Of a DNA stretch of 64,000 nucleotides, positions 1 through 10,502 are shown piece after piece. The stretch is from the NCBI GenBank assembly GCA_048938005.1, contig JBHLMQ010000011.1, positions 1-64,000 on the forward strand, given 5' to 3'. The first letter of the stretch is position 1. Each line of letters opens with the position of its first letter. Made by a program: the position numbers and the translations under genes. The stretch comes from Promethearchaeota archaeon (GTDB lineage Archaea; Asgardarchaeota; Lokiarchaeia; Sigyniarchaeales; SOKP01). The notes under the pieces are model-generated. The model was not told the origin of the DNA. It searched no databases and saw only the letters and a program-made list of their open reading frames with translations.

Positions 1-452
1 AGATTTGCTTTTTTTAAACCCTTTATCCATTTTTTCATCATTACTTTAGCAATGAATTTTGTACTTTTTTTAGGATAATAGAGTGGGAATCCTCCAATAA
101 TAGCGCTTATAAAGCGTTCTGCCTTTTGAAGTAAAATATCTGTAGTTATTCTTGCCCCCATAGAATATCCGAAAAAATTAGCTTTCTCAATAGATAAATG
201 ATCAAGTAATTTAACGATATCTTCATTCATCTTTTCTCCATATTGAGTAGCATCTTTAGGTTTATCACTTTTCCCGTGCCCACGACAATCTATAAGTATC
301 AATTTATAATCATCCTTTAGAACATCTACCCAATTAGTAGTTTTCCAATTAGCTTCAATATTTGCGGCAAACCCATGAATCATTATCACAGGTGGCCCCA
401 TCCCTTCAATTTCATAATATATTTTAACTCCTTCATTATCAAAAAATGGCAT
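1..452 (-). CDS. Alpha/beta hydrolase, 3' end outside the window
   Basis: Manual translation from ATG at 452: MPFFDNEGVKIYYEIEGMGPPVIMIHGF...DCRGHGKS...GYSMG (HG oxyanion motif, GxSxG nucleophile elbow). Not in the ORF track. Confidence 0.85.
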   Translation of the reverse strand, partial: MPFFDNEGVKIYYEIEGMGPPVIMIHGFAANIEANWKTTNWVDVLKDDYKLILIDCRGHGKSDKPKDATQYGEKMNEDIVKLLDHLSIEKANFFGYSMGARITTDILLQKAERFISAIIGGFPLYYPKKSTKFIAKVMMKKWIKGLKKAN

Positions 453-500
453 TGTTATTAATCCTCACAAATTTTTTGATTAAACATTTATATTATTTTC

Positions 501-522
501 GTGCATTAGTGTATGAATGCAC
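501..522. promoter_or_regulatory. Palindrome GTGCATT-N8-AATGCAC, candidate operator
   Basis: Perfect 7-bp inverted repeat between the divergent hydrolase and glycyl radical enzyme genes. Confidence 0.45.
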
Positions 523-602
523 TGTATATTATTATATTTAAAAGGCTTTAGCTTGAATTTTCAAGTTATAGATTTATTAATAAGAAGAGAATTATTTATA
601 GT

Positions 603-3062
603 ATGGTAGTCCAAAATTTGAAAATGAGCCCTCTTGAAGGCGTACCCTCTGAGAGGGTTCGAAAAATTAGAGATAAAATGCTATCGCATCCTTTCGAATA
701 TGATATTGAGCGTGCACGATGTTATACAAGAATATGGAAGCAGATGTTAGATTCTCCGCCTTGTATGCGGAAAGCTAAAGCATTAGAAGAATTCTTACGC
801 TGCCTTCCTATAAGGATTGATGATAATGAGCTTCTTGTAGGAGTAAAATCTAGTAAAATAAGAGCTGATCCTTTCGAAATAGAACTTGGAGGGCATCTTA
901 ATATTTTAGGTTTAATCTTAGACGATACAATCAATGAAAATGCAAAAAAGTTATTCACTGCACAATTAAAATCACTTGAACGTTATGCTCCTCTTACAGA
1001 GCAAGAGCGTAATGAGTTGAAAAATGAGATTTTCCCCTTTTGGGAGGGAAAGACTTTAAGTAGTCGAAAAGCAGCTCTCTTAAGGGAAGCAGGTTTATTA
1101 ACGGATCAGACAGGACCTATGGCTGAAATAATTAATAAATTTTTAAGTCAGACTCCCGATACCTATACATTACTTTCTGACTCTCAAGGTCATGTCATTC
1201 CTGGTTATAAACGTGTTTTAAAAATAGGATTTAAAGGAATAGAAAAAATGGCTGCTGAAGGTCTTGCAAAACTCAAGGAAACGGATGAAAATTACGAGCA
1301 GCGTAAGGATTTTTATGAATCAGTTCTAGTAACTTCAAAAGCAGTTTGTGATTATTCCAATCGTTATGTCGATCTCGCGCTAATAAAGGCCGAAAAGGCA
1401 TCAGGAGCAAGAAAGACAGAACTTTTAGATATTGCCGAACGGATTAAAAGAGTACCTGCCCTTCCACCTAGGACATTTATGGAAGCTATCCAATCGATAT
1501 GGATGACGAATGTTGTTATGGAAATGAGTCATGGTGAATTGAGTGTGTATTCTCAAGGACGAGTAGACCAATATCTCTATCCTTATTATTTCGCGGATTT
1601 AGAAGAAGGACGGATTACTTATGAGGAGGCATTAGAAACAGTTGAAGAATATCTAGTAAAACTTGCTACTGTGGTTATGGCAGGACAAAACAACATAACT
1701 ATTGGGGGAGTAGATAAGGATGGTAACGATGCTACAAATGAAGTATCTTACATGTTTCTCGAGGCCATTGCAAATGTAAAAAGCTTATTGAATACATTAT
1801 CGATACGAATTTCTTCCAAAACGCCCCGTGATTTTGTAAAAAGAACAATTGAAACATTTAAACATACTGCGGGAATGGCCATTCATAATGATGATATATT
1901 AATACCACAACTTCAAGAAGATGGTTATTCATTAGAAGATGCACGAGATTATTCAATTGTTGGGTGTACGGAACCTACAGGTACAGGTAATGATTTCTCA
2001 TATACAGGAGGTAATGGTATATTTATGGCGATCGTTTTTAACATGGCGTTAAATGAAGGACGTGTTCTAATGTCAGGAAATCGAACTGTTGGAGCAAAAA
2101 CCCCCGATCCTAGTACTTTCACTTCTTTTGAAGATGTAAAACAAGCGTTTGTAGATCAACTTACTTTTGCAATTGATAGGGTTGCCAAAATGGCTGAGAT
2201 AAAAGATAAAGCATTTGCAGAAGCTTATCCCTATCCATTAATATCATCTACAATAGAGGGATGCCTAGAGAGTGGAATGGATATAAGCCGAAATGGGGCA
2301 CGCTATAATAATGGTTGTATGAATGGACAAGCATTAGGAACAGTAACTAACTCACTGGCAGCAATTCGATGGGCGGTATTCGAAGAGAAGTTAGTTACAA
2401 TGGGAGAATTGGTTAAACATCTTCGTAGTAATTTCAGGGGTGCAGAAAAACTCAAAGAAATATTGAGGAACAAGGCACCTAAATACGGTAATGGTGATGA
2501 AAAGGTAGATGAACTTGCAAAATGGGTTACAAAAGTTTTTAGTGAACTTCCAAGAAAATATCATGTGAGGGGTGGTAATGGTATATGTCGCGCAAGTCTG
2601 GTATCTGCCGCAGGAACACAAGTTATAGAGGGTAAAATGTTAGGAGCAACTCCAGATGGAAGATTATATGGAGAACCCGTATCTAACGGACTTTCTCCTG
2701 TAAACGGTACTGAAAAGAATGGTCTTACCATGGTCCTCCGGTCAGTAGCTTTAGCTTCACGTGATGCCCTGCTAACCGATGGGGTAGCATTAAATGTAAG
2801 GATTAATCCCAGTCTAATAGAGACAGATGAAGGTATAGAAAAAATGACTTATTTATTAGAAGCTTATTTTGAGTTAGGAGGACGAGAGCTTCAGATTAAT
2901 CCAATAAGTTCAGAAATACTGAGAGACGCACAAGTACATCCAGAAAAATATCCGGACCTTTCAGTTAAGGTTACGGGGTATTCCGCTCGATTTATAGATC
3001 TCACTAAAGCTCTTCAGGACGATATCATCGCACGAACCGTCTTCAATGAATTACAGACTTAG
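603..3062 (+). CDS. Glycyl radical enzyme (PFL-like family, not classical PFL)
   Basis: 819 aa. Single-Cys loop GCTEP, C-terminal glycyl motif KVTGYS, GRVDQYLYPY and ATPDGR motifs. Confidence 0.92.
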   Translation: MVVQNLKMSPLEGVPSERVRKIRDKMLSHPFEYDIERARCYTRIWKQMLDSPPCMRKAKALEEFLRCLPIRIDDNELLVGVKSSKIRADPFEIELGGHLNILGLILDDTINENAKKLFTAQLKSLERYAPLTEQERNELKNEIFPFWEGKTLSSRKAALLREAGLLTDQTGPMAEIINKFLSQTPDTYTLLSDSQGHVIPGYKRVLKIGFKGIEKMAAEGLAKLKETDENYEQRKDFYESVLVTSKAVCDYSNRYVDLALIKAEKASGARKTELLDIAERIKRVPALPPRTFMEAIQSIWMTNVVMEMSHGELSVYSQGRVDQYLYPYYFADLEEGRITYEEALETVEEYLVKLATVVMAGQNNITIGGVDKDGNDATNEVSYMFLEAIANVKSLLNTLSIRISSKTPRDFVKRTIETFKHTAGMAIHNDDILIPQLQEDGYSLEDARDYSIVGCTEPTGTGNDFSYTGGNGIFMAIVFNMALNEGRVLMSGNRTVGAKTPDPSTFTSFEDVKQAFVDQLTFAIDRVAKMAEIKDKAFAEAYPYPLISSTIEGCLESGMDISRNGARYNNGCMNGQALGTVTNSLAAIRWAVFEEKLVTMGELVKHLRSNFRGAEKLKEILRNKAPKYGNGDEKVDELAKWVTKVFSELPRKYHVRGGNGICRASLVSAAGTQVIEGKMLGATPDGRLYGEPVSNGLSPVNGTEKNGLTMVLRSVALASRDALLTDGVALNVRINPSLIETDEGIEKMTYLLEAYFELGGRELQINPISSEILRDAQVHPEKYPDLSVKVTGYSARFIDLTKALQDDIIARTVFNELQT

Positions 3063-3305
3063 ATTTAAATTTTAAAATATTTCATATTTCTTTTATTAAT
3101 TTGGATAAGCATCTTTATTGATATCCTTTACCCATTTTTATACATTTAAAGATGACCCATCATTTAATTTGAATATAAATAAAACAACAACAAATCAAAC
3201 TTTAAAATAATCCACCTCGTCTAAATTCTCTTATACATTATAATGAGAAAAAAAGAAAAAAAAATATTATAAATTTAAAATAGATTAAAGGGTGAAAACA
3301 AGAAA

Positions 3306-5711
3306 TCATTCATTTTCTTTTAAAATTTTATTGAGGGTTTCTATCGCATTTTCTTTAATCGATTTTGAAGTCATTTTTTTAATCATCTTTGCCATCATTT
3401 TATAGGCTCCTGAGACTGTAATATCTATGTCAACAAAAAGACCAATGCCAGATTCAGTATCTTCAAAACTTAGTGTATAAAAAGTTGTACCAGCAGAAGG
3501 GACGACTTCGAATTTCGTGGAACGTTCGGTTCTTGGGCCAACCTCATTAGTTTTAATTTCTCTTCCCTGTACCTCAGTAACATGTTGTCCAACGGTATCG
3601 AAATATTTATTAATTATTTCTTGAAAATTATCTGGTTTCTCTTTTAATTCAAAGATTAATTCCTTACCTTCAGGTTCTTCCTTTTTCTTTCCTTTACCAG
3701 TTACCACGACTCTCACACGACCAATATTCTGGATTCTTGCGTGTCGAGTGTTAGGATCGCCCTGTCTATGCGAGGTTGCACGAATTGCGGGGAAGTAAGT
3801 ACCTGGCTCTGAAAATGAATAAGTTGTTTTTACCTCTACATGAGTGCTTTTAGTGTCTTTGAGTTTCTCGGTCACTGGATAGTCACCATTACCCTCAAAA
3901 TCCCATTCTGCCCCAACTACATAGCCGGCATCGGGTGGTGTTTCAATAACCGCGGAAAATTTAACTTTCTTACCAATGTTAACATCTGCACGTTCACCTC
4001 TATTTACTGTAAGATTAACCACCGGTTGGATCCCCTTACGCTCCGTAGCAGTCGGAGGCACTTCTACTTGTGCATCCATTATTTTATATGTAGAACTTGC
4101 TGGAGGTGCTACACCTTTTTCAACCCATGCGCTCAAATCACGTAGTGCTTGTTGTAAAACACCACCATAATTGATAACTCGCGTCGTTATTACTGGAGGA
4201 GTATCAAATTTCGTAACTACTGGTGGTACATGCATCGCATGGTCAATGTACCAGAGTCGGTAGTTATCGTCAAACTTATCTCCCAATACCTGTTTTATCC
4301 TCGAGCGATACCATTCAGCACCCCATGGATAGGCGATTTCATCCATCAGCATATTCACCACAATCATCTTACCATCAAATTGACCGCTTAAGCGTGCAAC
4401 AGTACTTTTTGAATAACGATTACATAATAATTCAGCGCGTTGTGGATATAATGGTTTACCATCATCGTCTCGGAATTGATCATAACCATAATAATCAGCT
4501 GAAGGAATTTGGTGACGATGGTAGGTTTGAGCAGCGAGATATACAGAGTTGTCTATCTCTACTTTGTCACCTGCCTTAACTTTAGCCAATTCTTCGAAAT
4601 ACTCCTCTCCGAAGGCTATCATGACGAATTTTTCAAACGCTCCAGCAATATAAACTACGCAACCTTCAGCTTCACCACTTTTTAAGATTAATGAAGCCCC
4701 TTGAAAATCTACATCCGGTAAATCTTCCATCACAAACCCTGCCGGTACTTTAATTTTACTAACACTCGCTGCCGATAAAGTTATACCAAAACCCATTTCC
4801 TTCAAATCTTCGGGCCAGATTAGTTTGCTGATTTTTGTCTCGTGGTGAACTCTGGCATTTAAGAGGGATTCGGGTGCCTTTGAGCCGAGATAGCCTGGTT
4901 CATTCCAAAAATCCTCAAAGTAGGTGGGATCCCATTTGACCATTTGATCAAAAAACATAGTTAAAACTCCCGTATAGCCAAATGCGATCCTTCTGTAATT
5001 AAACCAAGCACGTGGTGGAAATCCCATTTTAGTTACTTCAGTGAGCGCTTCCCGTTCCTCGATATTTAGGCTAGCATACATATCACCACTACCACCTGGT
5101 TCCATTGCATCGATAATACCAGGCATTTTATCTTTTAATATACGCATCGCATGAGCTTGCACCGTAAAATTATTGGGTATAGCTATTGGTGTTGCGTGAA
5201 TAAATGGCACCGCACCATCCCAAACACCTTCAGTGTTTTCCACACAAGCAATTGTTTTAAACGCCCCACCGCTACCGCCATAAACATAACCATAAGGGCG
5301 ATGGGGGCCGTACATTTCAGAAGCCAAAACACGTGAATACTTCGCTACTGCCGCACTGGCTCGATAAGCAGTGATAGTTGGATCATCTCCTACAAACATG
5401 TTCAGTCTCCCCAGATTTGATTCTACAAGATAAGCACCACTCTCGATTGCAAAACCTAATGAATAACTAGGATTAGGATATTCTGGATTCTGAACAGCAT
5501 TCTCATTTCCTGATATCGCCATTAGATACTGGAAAAATCGACCGTCATATTGTTCCTTCGGAGGGAAATAGATTGAGAATCGGGCATCGGTACCCTTAAA
5601 ACCACCATGTACATATCGATGACGCTCGGGTTCATCTCGCCATTCATCAATATCTATATATGGTTCGGTGAAAAGAGAATCGTTTAATTCAGTAGACTCA
5701 TTTGTTTCTAT
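3306..5711 (-). CDS. Tannase/feruloyl-esterase-like alpha/beta hydrolase with a PKD-like domain and an extra C-terminal domain
   Basis: GGSGG nucleophile-like motif and EWDFEGNG PKD-like motif. The frame stays open 63 codons upstream of the ORF-track ATG (5522), reading FTEPYIDIDEWRDEPERHRYVHGGF, up to ATA at 5711 behind a GAGGTG site. Confidence 0.65.
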   Translation of the reverse strand: METNESTELNDSLFTEPYIDIDEWRDEPERHRYVHGGFKGTDARFSIYFPPKEQYDGRFFQYLMAISGNENAVQNPEYPNPSYSLGFAIESGAYLVESNLGRLNMFVGDDPTITAYRASAAVAKYSRVLASEMYGPHRPYGYVYGGSGGAFKTIACVENTEGVWDGAVPFIHATPIAIPNNFTVQAHAMRILKDKMPGIIDAMEPGGSGDMYASLNIEEREALTEVTKMGFPPRAWFNYRRIAFGYTGVLTMFFDQMVKWDPTYFEDFWNEPGYLGSKAPESLLNARVHHETKISKLIWPEDLKEMGFGITLSAASVSKIKVPAGFVMEDLPDVDFQGASLILKSGEAEGCVVYIAGAFEKFVMIAFGEEYFEELAKVKAGDKVEIDNSVYLAAQTYHRHQIPSADYYGYDQFRDDDGKPLYPQRAELLCNRYSKSTVARLSGQFDGKMIVVNMLMDEIAYPWGAEWYRSRIKQVLGDKFDDNYRLWYIDHAMHVPPVVTKFDTPPVITTRVINYGGVLQQALRDLSAWVEKGVAPPASSTYKIMDAQVEVPPTATERKGIQPVVNLTVNRGERADVNIGKKVKFSAVIETPPDAGYVVGAEWDFEGNGDYPVTEKLKDTKSTHVEVKTTYSFSEPGTYFPAIRATSHRQGDPNTRHARIQNIGRVRVVVTGKGKKKEEPEGKELIFELKEKPDNFQEIINKYFDTVGQHVTEVQGREIKTNEVGPRTERSTKFEVVPSAGTTFYTLSFEDTESGIGLFVDIDITVSGAYKMMAKMIKKMTSKSIKENAIETLNKILKENE

Positions 5712-5808
5712 AATAATCCACCTCTTTTTTTATTTAATTATAGTTTTTAATTTTATTTTATGATATGAAAAGTGTTTTATTTTAATTTTTAAATCCATTT
5801 TAATCCAA

Positions 5809-5829
5809 TTTATGGTAGTGTACCATAAA
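5809..5829. promoter_or_regulatory. Palindrome TTTATGGTA-GTG-TACCATAAA, candidate operator
   Basis: Perfect 9-bp arms with a 3-nt spacer, between the divergent hydrolase and HTH regulator genes. Confidence 0.55.
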
Positions 5830-5914
5830 GCTAATAAAAAGAGAATCTTTATTTATATAATAATCTTAAGCTTGAAAATTCAAGTTATTTAAATCTGTTA
5901 ATATATACCTACAA

Positions 5915-6562
5915 ATGAAGCAATTAAAAAAGATTGTTCTGAAAGTACCTTTAGATTCACAATCTAGGAAATTCTTTGATCTATTGGAAAAATATGAATT
6001 ACTCCAAATACACCGTCAAGACGAGGATCAAATCTTTGCAACACAGAAGGTAAAATTCAAAGATCCTAAAATGCATCCGAAAATATTGGAAGGTGAATAT
6101 TATGGGATGTCATATATAGAAGTTATAAAAGAGGATAGGAGGAATAATGAATTTATTTTCTTTTCTAAGCATAAATGGGTTAAGGAAACGAAAGAATTCC
6201 TAGATAGACTAGATTTAATTATCGATCCTCCAATTATTCTGGATAAAGATCGTCTTTTAGTGAGTATTATAGCGAATAGCAAAAATATAGACAAATTCGT
6301 TGTATCTTTAGATACTTTTTATAATACTAAATTGGAGATTTTAAGCATATCTGACATCCAACCTAACTATGAAAATCTTTTTTTAAAATTAACAGACCGT
6401 CAGAAAGAGATTCTGTATTACGCTATTCAGCATGGATATTTTGAAATACCTCGTAGAATCAATTCAAAGAAAATCGCTAATCATTTTAAAATTTCTCGGA
6501 GTGCATTATATGAACATTTGCGAAAAATAGAAAGAATAATTTATCACACAATATTCAGTTAA
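5915..6562 (+). CDS. Bacterio-opsin-activator-type (HTH_10) transcriptional regulator
   Basis: C-terminal LTDRQKEIL..A...GYFEIPR...IA....ISRS...EHLRK.E signature. Confidence 0.88.
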   Translation: MKQLKKIVLKVPLDSQSRKFFDLLEKYELLQIHRQDEDQIFATQKVKFKDPKMHPKILEGEYYGMSYIEVIKEDRRNNEFIFFSKHKWVKETKEFLDRLDLIIDPPIILDKDRLLVSIIANSKNIDKFVVSLDTFYNTKLEILSISDIQPNYENLFLKLTDRQKEILYYAIQHGYFEIPRRINSKKIANHFKISRSALYEHLRKIERIIYHTIFS

Positions 6563-7437
6563 CTTTTGTTGCTATTCGCAACTATAGCCTCTATTATTCG
6601 TTGTAAAACTTCACGAGGAAAGCTATGCCCCATTCCATCAATAATCAATAATTCAGCATTAGGTATAGTTGCCGCAATATCTTTACCTGCTTCTATAAGA
6701 TTAAAGGGATCCTCACTTCCATGAATAACAATTGTAGGAGCGGATATTGCGCTGATATAAGGTTTAATATTGCCAGGTACCGCCATTGCTGCTAATTGGC
6801 GAGTTATTCCTTCGGGGTAGTAACACTGATCATATTCTCTTGTTCTATACTCTCTTGATTGAGACTCATCAAAAGGAAATTTACCAGTAATTAAACTATC
6901 CCGTTTGACCATTTCATTAATATATGCTTCACGCTCGGACGGAACAGGCGCAAAAAACTGCATCATGATTTCAGGTTTAGAAGGTGGAAGCTCAGGATTT
7001 CCTGTAGTGCTCATAATTACTGCAAGAGATAGTACACGAAAAGGATGTCTATATGCTATAATTTGTGCAATCATACCCCCCATCGAAGCACCACAAATAT
7101 GAGCTTTTTCAATATTCAAAGCGTCCAATACACCAATGGAATCATCAGCCATATCCTCTAAAGTGTAGGGAACCTTGGGTATTTCTCCACGAGTATAAGC
7201 AGCACTAATCTCCATCATGTCTGGTATACCTGCATCTTCAAATTTAGTTGACAAACCAACATCTCTGTTGTCGAATCTGATGACAAAAAAGCCATTATCG
7301 ACAAAACTTTCGCAAATCTCATCTGGCCAAGCAAAAAATTGGCCACCCAACCCTGCTATCAATAGTAATGGTTTTGAAATTGGATCACCCATTGTTTCAT
7401 ATTCAATCGTTATATCATTTACTTTTGCTTTCGTCAT
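6559..7437 (-). CDS. Alpha/beta hydrolase
   Basis: RFDNRDVGLS, GASMGG, IHGSED and GMGH motifs. Likely start MTKAKVND at 7437 (ORF track extends to 7533). Confidence 0.9.
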   Translation of the reverse strand: MTKAKVNDITIEYETMGDPISKPLLLIAGLGGQFFAWPDEICESFVDNGFFVIRFDNRDVGLSTKFEDAGIPDMMEISAAYTRGEIPKVPYTLEDMADDSIGVLDALNIEKAHICGASMGGMIAQIIAYRHPFRVLSLAVIMSTTGNPELPPSKPEIMMQFFAPVPSEREAYINEMVKRDSLITGKFPFDESQSREYRTREYDQCYYPEGITRQLAAMAVPGNIKPYISAISAPTIVIHGSEDPFNLIEAGKDIAATIPNAELLIIDGMGHSFPREVLQRIIEAIVANSNKS

Positions 7438-7562
7438 TTTGGAATACCTAATTTTTATTCTTATTTTTATGCTAATAGGTAAATGATATTTACAGTTAAA
7501 GATTATGATTATATATTTTATACATATTCTCATTAAATATTAATAACTAATTTGTTTAAAAA

Positions 7563-7880
7563 ATGATAGCAAGAATCTGGCATGGTTGGACTTCATTTGA
7601 AAATGCTGATACTTATGAAGAATTGCTAAAAAATGAAATATTTCCATCCATCGAAAAAAAAAATATAGAAGGATATAGAAAAATAAGTCTTTTAAGACGT
7701 CCTTTGGAAAACGAAGTTGAATTTATTACTATAATGATATTTGATAATTTGAGTGCTGTAAAAGAATTTGCCGGGGAAGAGCATGAAAAATCATATGTTC
7801 CTCAAAAAGCGCAAGAAGTTCTTCTAAGACATGACAATTTGTCGCAACATTATGAAATAATTAAGGAATATAATTATTGA
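7563..7880 (+). CDS. Antibiotic biosynthesis monooxygenase-like (dimeric alpha-beta barrel) protein
   Basis: MIARIWHGWT...ADTYE...AVKEFAGE motif; 105 aa. Confidence 0.75.
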   Translation: MIARIWHGWTSFENADTYEELLKNEIFPSIEKKNIEGYRKISLLRRPLENEVEFITIMIFDNLSAVKEFAGEEHEKSYVPQKAQEVLLRHDNLSQHYEIIKEYNY

Positions 7881-7891
7881 TTATTTCTAAT

Positions 7892-8842
7892 TTATGCTAT
7901 AGCGTCAAAACGACCAAAATTTTGATCATACCCTATTACTCTTTCAGTATTCATATCGAAATCAAATTGAACATTAAGAGCCCTATTACGTACCATCGGC
8001 TCTAAAAAGAAAAATCTTATAGAGAATACTCTATCATTTCTAAAAATTATTGGCAAAACAGTCCATTTTGCAAAGTAATAATTTTCTATGCACATTTCCA
8101 TTCCTTTCTTAAAAAAGCCCATTTCTTGTGGTGTTAGGTTTGAATTATTCTTATATATAAGTTTAGTTTTTGATATATGAGACTTCTTTTCAAGACTTAA
8201 TGATATATTATTGTTTACAATCTTTTTCTCGAATATGTAAAAATAAAAGGGTAATACTCCAGGAAAGTATTTTTGATTCTCTTTAAGATGAGAACTAACC
8301 CAGACTTTCGTAAGAATTCGAAAAATGTAATAACCTAATATGAAATATGTATAGATATTAATTACTAAGAAAAGAAGAGCTATATCCAGAAAATTATAAT
8401 AGATTATTAAAATGGTTGTTATAAATATCCAAGAAGTTAATAACGTAAACGAGCTACCTGCCTTTTCAACATAGAAACAATATTCTTTTTTAGATATAGG
8501 ATAAAAACAGGGTATTTTTGTAGTAGTGAGTAAGTCAAGAGATACATGTATTCCATAAAAAATTATCCCGATAATCCACACAATAAAAAAGGATTGTTGT
8601 GTTATAATTGAATAAATTCCTCCTATAATCGTAGATAATATAACTCCTATAACATAAGAGTGGGAACCAGAACGATGCTCAAGATAATTTGATTTGAATC
8701 TTCGTTTTAGTGGAGAGATAAATACATCCAAATCGGGTAAAACTGTAAAAAACATAGCTAAAAAGAAATAATCAAAAGTAACTTCCTTGAGAAAAAGAGT
8801 ATACATAAGTGCTCCAAAAATTAAATGTGTGAAGAAGTCCAT
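7892..8842 (-). CDS. YdjM-like membrane metal-dependent hydrolase
   Basis: MDFFTH, LPDLD, HRSGSHS and H...D motifs plus hydrophobic segments. Confidence 0.8.
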   Translation of the reverse strand: MDFFTHLIFGALMYTLFLKEVTFDYFFLAMFFTVLPDLDVFISPLKRRFKSNYLEHRSGSHSYVIGVILSTIIGGIYSIITQQSFFIVWIIGIIFYGIHVSLDLLTTTKIPCFYPISKKEYCFYVEKAGSSFTLLTSWIFITTILIIYYNFLDIALLFLVINIYTYFILGYYIFRILTKVWVSSHLKENQKYFPGVLPFYFYIFEKKIVNNNISLSLEKKSHISKTKLIYKNNSNLTPQEMGFFKKGMEMCIENYYFAKWTVLPIIFRNDRVFSIRFFFLEPMVRNRALNVQFDFDMNTERVIGYDQNFGRFDAIA

Positions 8843-8935
8843 ATTTTAAATCTCAGTTGATTATTTTTTATACTTAGCAAAAATTATAAAGAGAAAAAAA
8901 AAATCTCTAAATCAAATTAGTTAAAAAATTTACAT

Positions 8936-10144
8936 TCATTTTTGATAGCTATTCCATTTTTCTTCAAGATTAGGATCTTGAATTGTCTCCATTATATATT
9001 TTGCAAATTCTTCTCCTGTAACGCCAGTATCTCTTCCAGTAACCTTTAATCTTTTCTCATAAATTGCACATATATCCAATGCCATTTCTAGTTTTTTAGC
9101 TTTCTCTACAAAACCAATATGATTTAAAAGCATGGCTGATGCTTTTATAATGCTTGTTGGATCTGCATATTGAATTCTACCGGTTTCAACCATTCTTGGA
9201 GCAGTACCATGAATTGCCTCAAACATAGCATAGCGTTTACCAATATTTGCACTACCCGCGGTACCAACAGATCCTTGAATCTGAGCAGCTTCATCTGTAA
9301 TAATATCTCCATAAAGATTTGGAGCTACAAAAACTTTAAACTCTGATTGTCGTGCTGGGTCAATTAATTTTGCCGCCATGATATCAATATACCAATCATC
9401 GAATTTTACTTCTGGATATTCATTTTTAGCAATCTCTTTTGCCATATTTAAATACATTCCATCTGTAGTTTTAACAACGTTAGCTTTAGTGACCAAGGAA
9501 ACTCTATTAACTCCTGTTTTTTTAGCATAATCAAAAGCTAATCTTAAGATGCGATCTGTTCCCTGTTTAGTGTGTACGCAAAAATCAAAAGCTAAATCAT
9601 CAGTAACTCTAATTCCTTTTGACCCTAATACATAAGCTCCTTCAGTATTCTCTCTGAAAAATATCCAATCAATTCCATGTTCTGGAACTTTTACTGGACG
9701 AACGTTTGCAAATAAATCTAATTCTCGTCGCATGGAAACGTTTGCACTTTCGAGATTTGGCCATTTCCCGGAAGCTAAATCAGCTGAACTTGGCGTGTGA
9801 GTGGGACCTTTTAAAATAACATGACACATTTTTAATTGTTCTAAGGATTCATTGGGGATTGCTTTCATTAATTTTGCCCTATTTTCGATAGTAAGGCCTT
9901 CAATATCTCTAAATTCAACCGTTCCATTTTCAATTTCATTTTTCAGCAGAAATTTTAAAATGTTTTCTGCATGTTTTGTGATTTCTGGGCCAATACCATC
10001 CCCTCCTGCAACTCCAATTATTATTGGTTTTAGTTTAGAATAATCTATCCAATCTTCTGCTTTTTTCATCTGCTCAATCCGTTCTAGTTGCTCTTTTATA
10101 AGTTTTTCAAAATGATTTTTAGCTTTTTCTACTACTTCATTCAT
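8936..10144 (-). CDS. Isocitrate/isopropylmalate dehydrogenase family protein, likely isocitrate dehydrogenase
   Basis: GDGIGPE, LKGP, RENTEG, NLYGDI.D and FEAIHGTAP motifs; near aconitase and ACL genes. Confidence 0.88.
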   Translation of the reverse strand: MNEVVEKAKNHFEKLIKEQLERIEQMKKAEDWIDYSKLKPIIIGVAGGDGIGPEITKHAENILKFLLKNEIENGTVEFRDIEGLTIENRAKLMKAIPNESLEQLKMCHVILKGPTHTPSSADLASGKWPNLESANVSMRRELDLFANVRPVKVPEHGIDWIFFRENTEGAYVLGSKGIRVTDDLAFDFCVHTKQGTDRILRLAFDYAKKTGVNRVSLVTKANVVKTTDGMYLNMAKEIAKNEYPEVKFDDWYIDIMAAKLIDPARQSEFKVFVAPNLYGDIITDEAAQIQGSVGTAGSANIGKRYAMFEAIHGTAPRMVETGRIQYADPTSIIKASAMLLNHIGFVEKAKKLEMALDICAIYEKRLKVTGRDTGVTGEEFAKYIMETIQDPNLEEKWNSYQK

Positions 10145-10502
10145 TTTCTTATAATCCTTGAGTAATATATTTTGATTTTCTATGTTTTTTTATTAGTTTT
10201 ATTGATTTTAGTTTATGTAATTTCAATGGAATAACACCCACCTACTTTCCATTGATTAATTACAATACTTGTTCTAACAATATAATTTAAAAGATTTAAT
10301 AAGGATTTTTAAATCCTTCAATTTTAAAATATAACTTCTTTTATAATCCTTCATATAGATTTACCCCCCACTTCGGGGAGTTTCTCTAAAATTAACTTTT
10401 AATTTAAAGCAAAAATTAAATAAATTTTATTTGACACTAATCTTTGAATTATAAAACTTAGTTCATTTCCTTAAAACAAACATTAATTATATAGTTATCA
10501 TT

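Noticed and set aside
5684-5701. ATG at 5701 as start of the 3306 gene, implying a frameshift
   Set aside because: That ATG is out of frame and hits a stop after five codons, while the main frame is continuous through the region.
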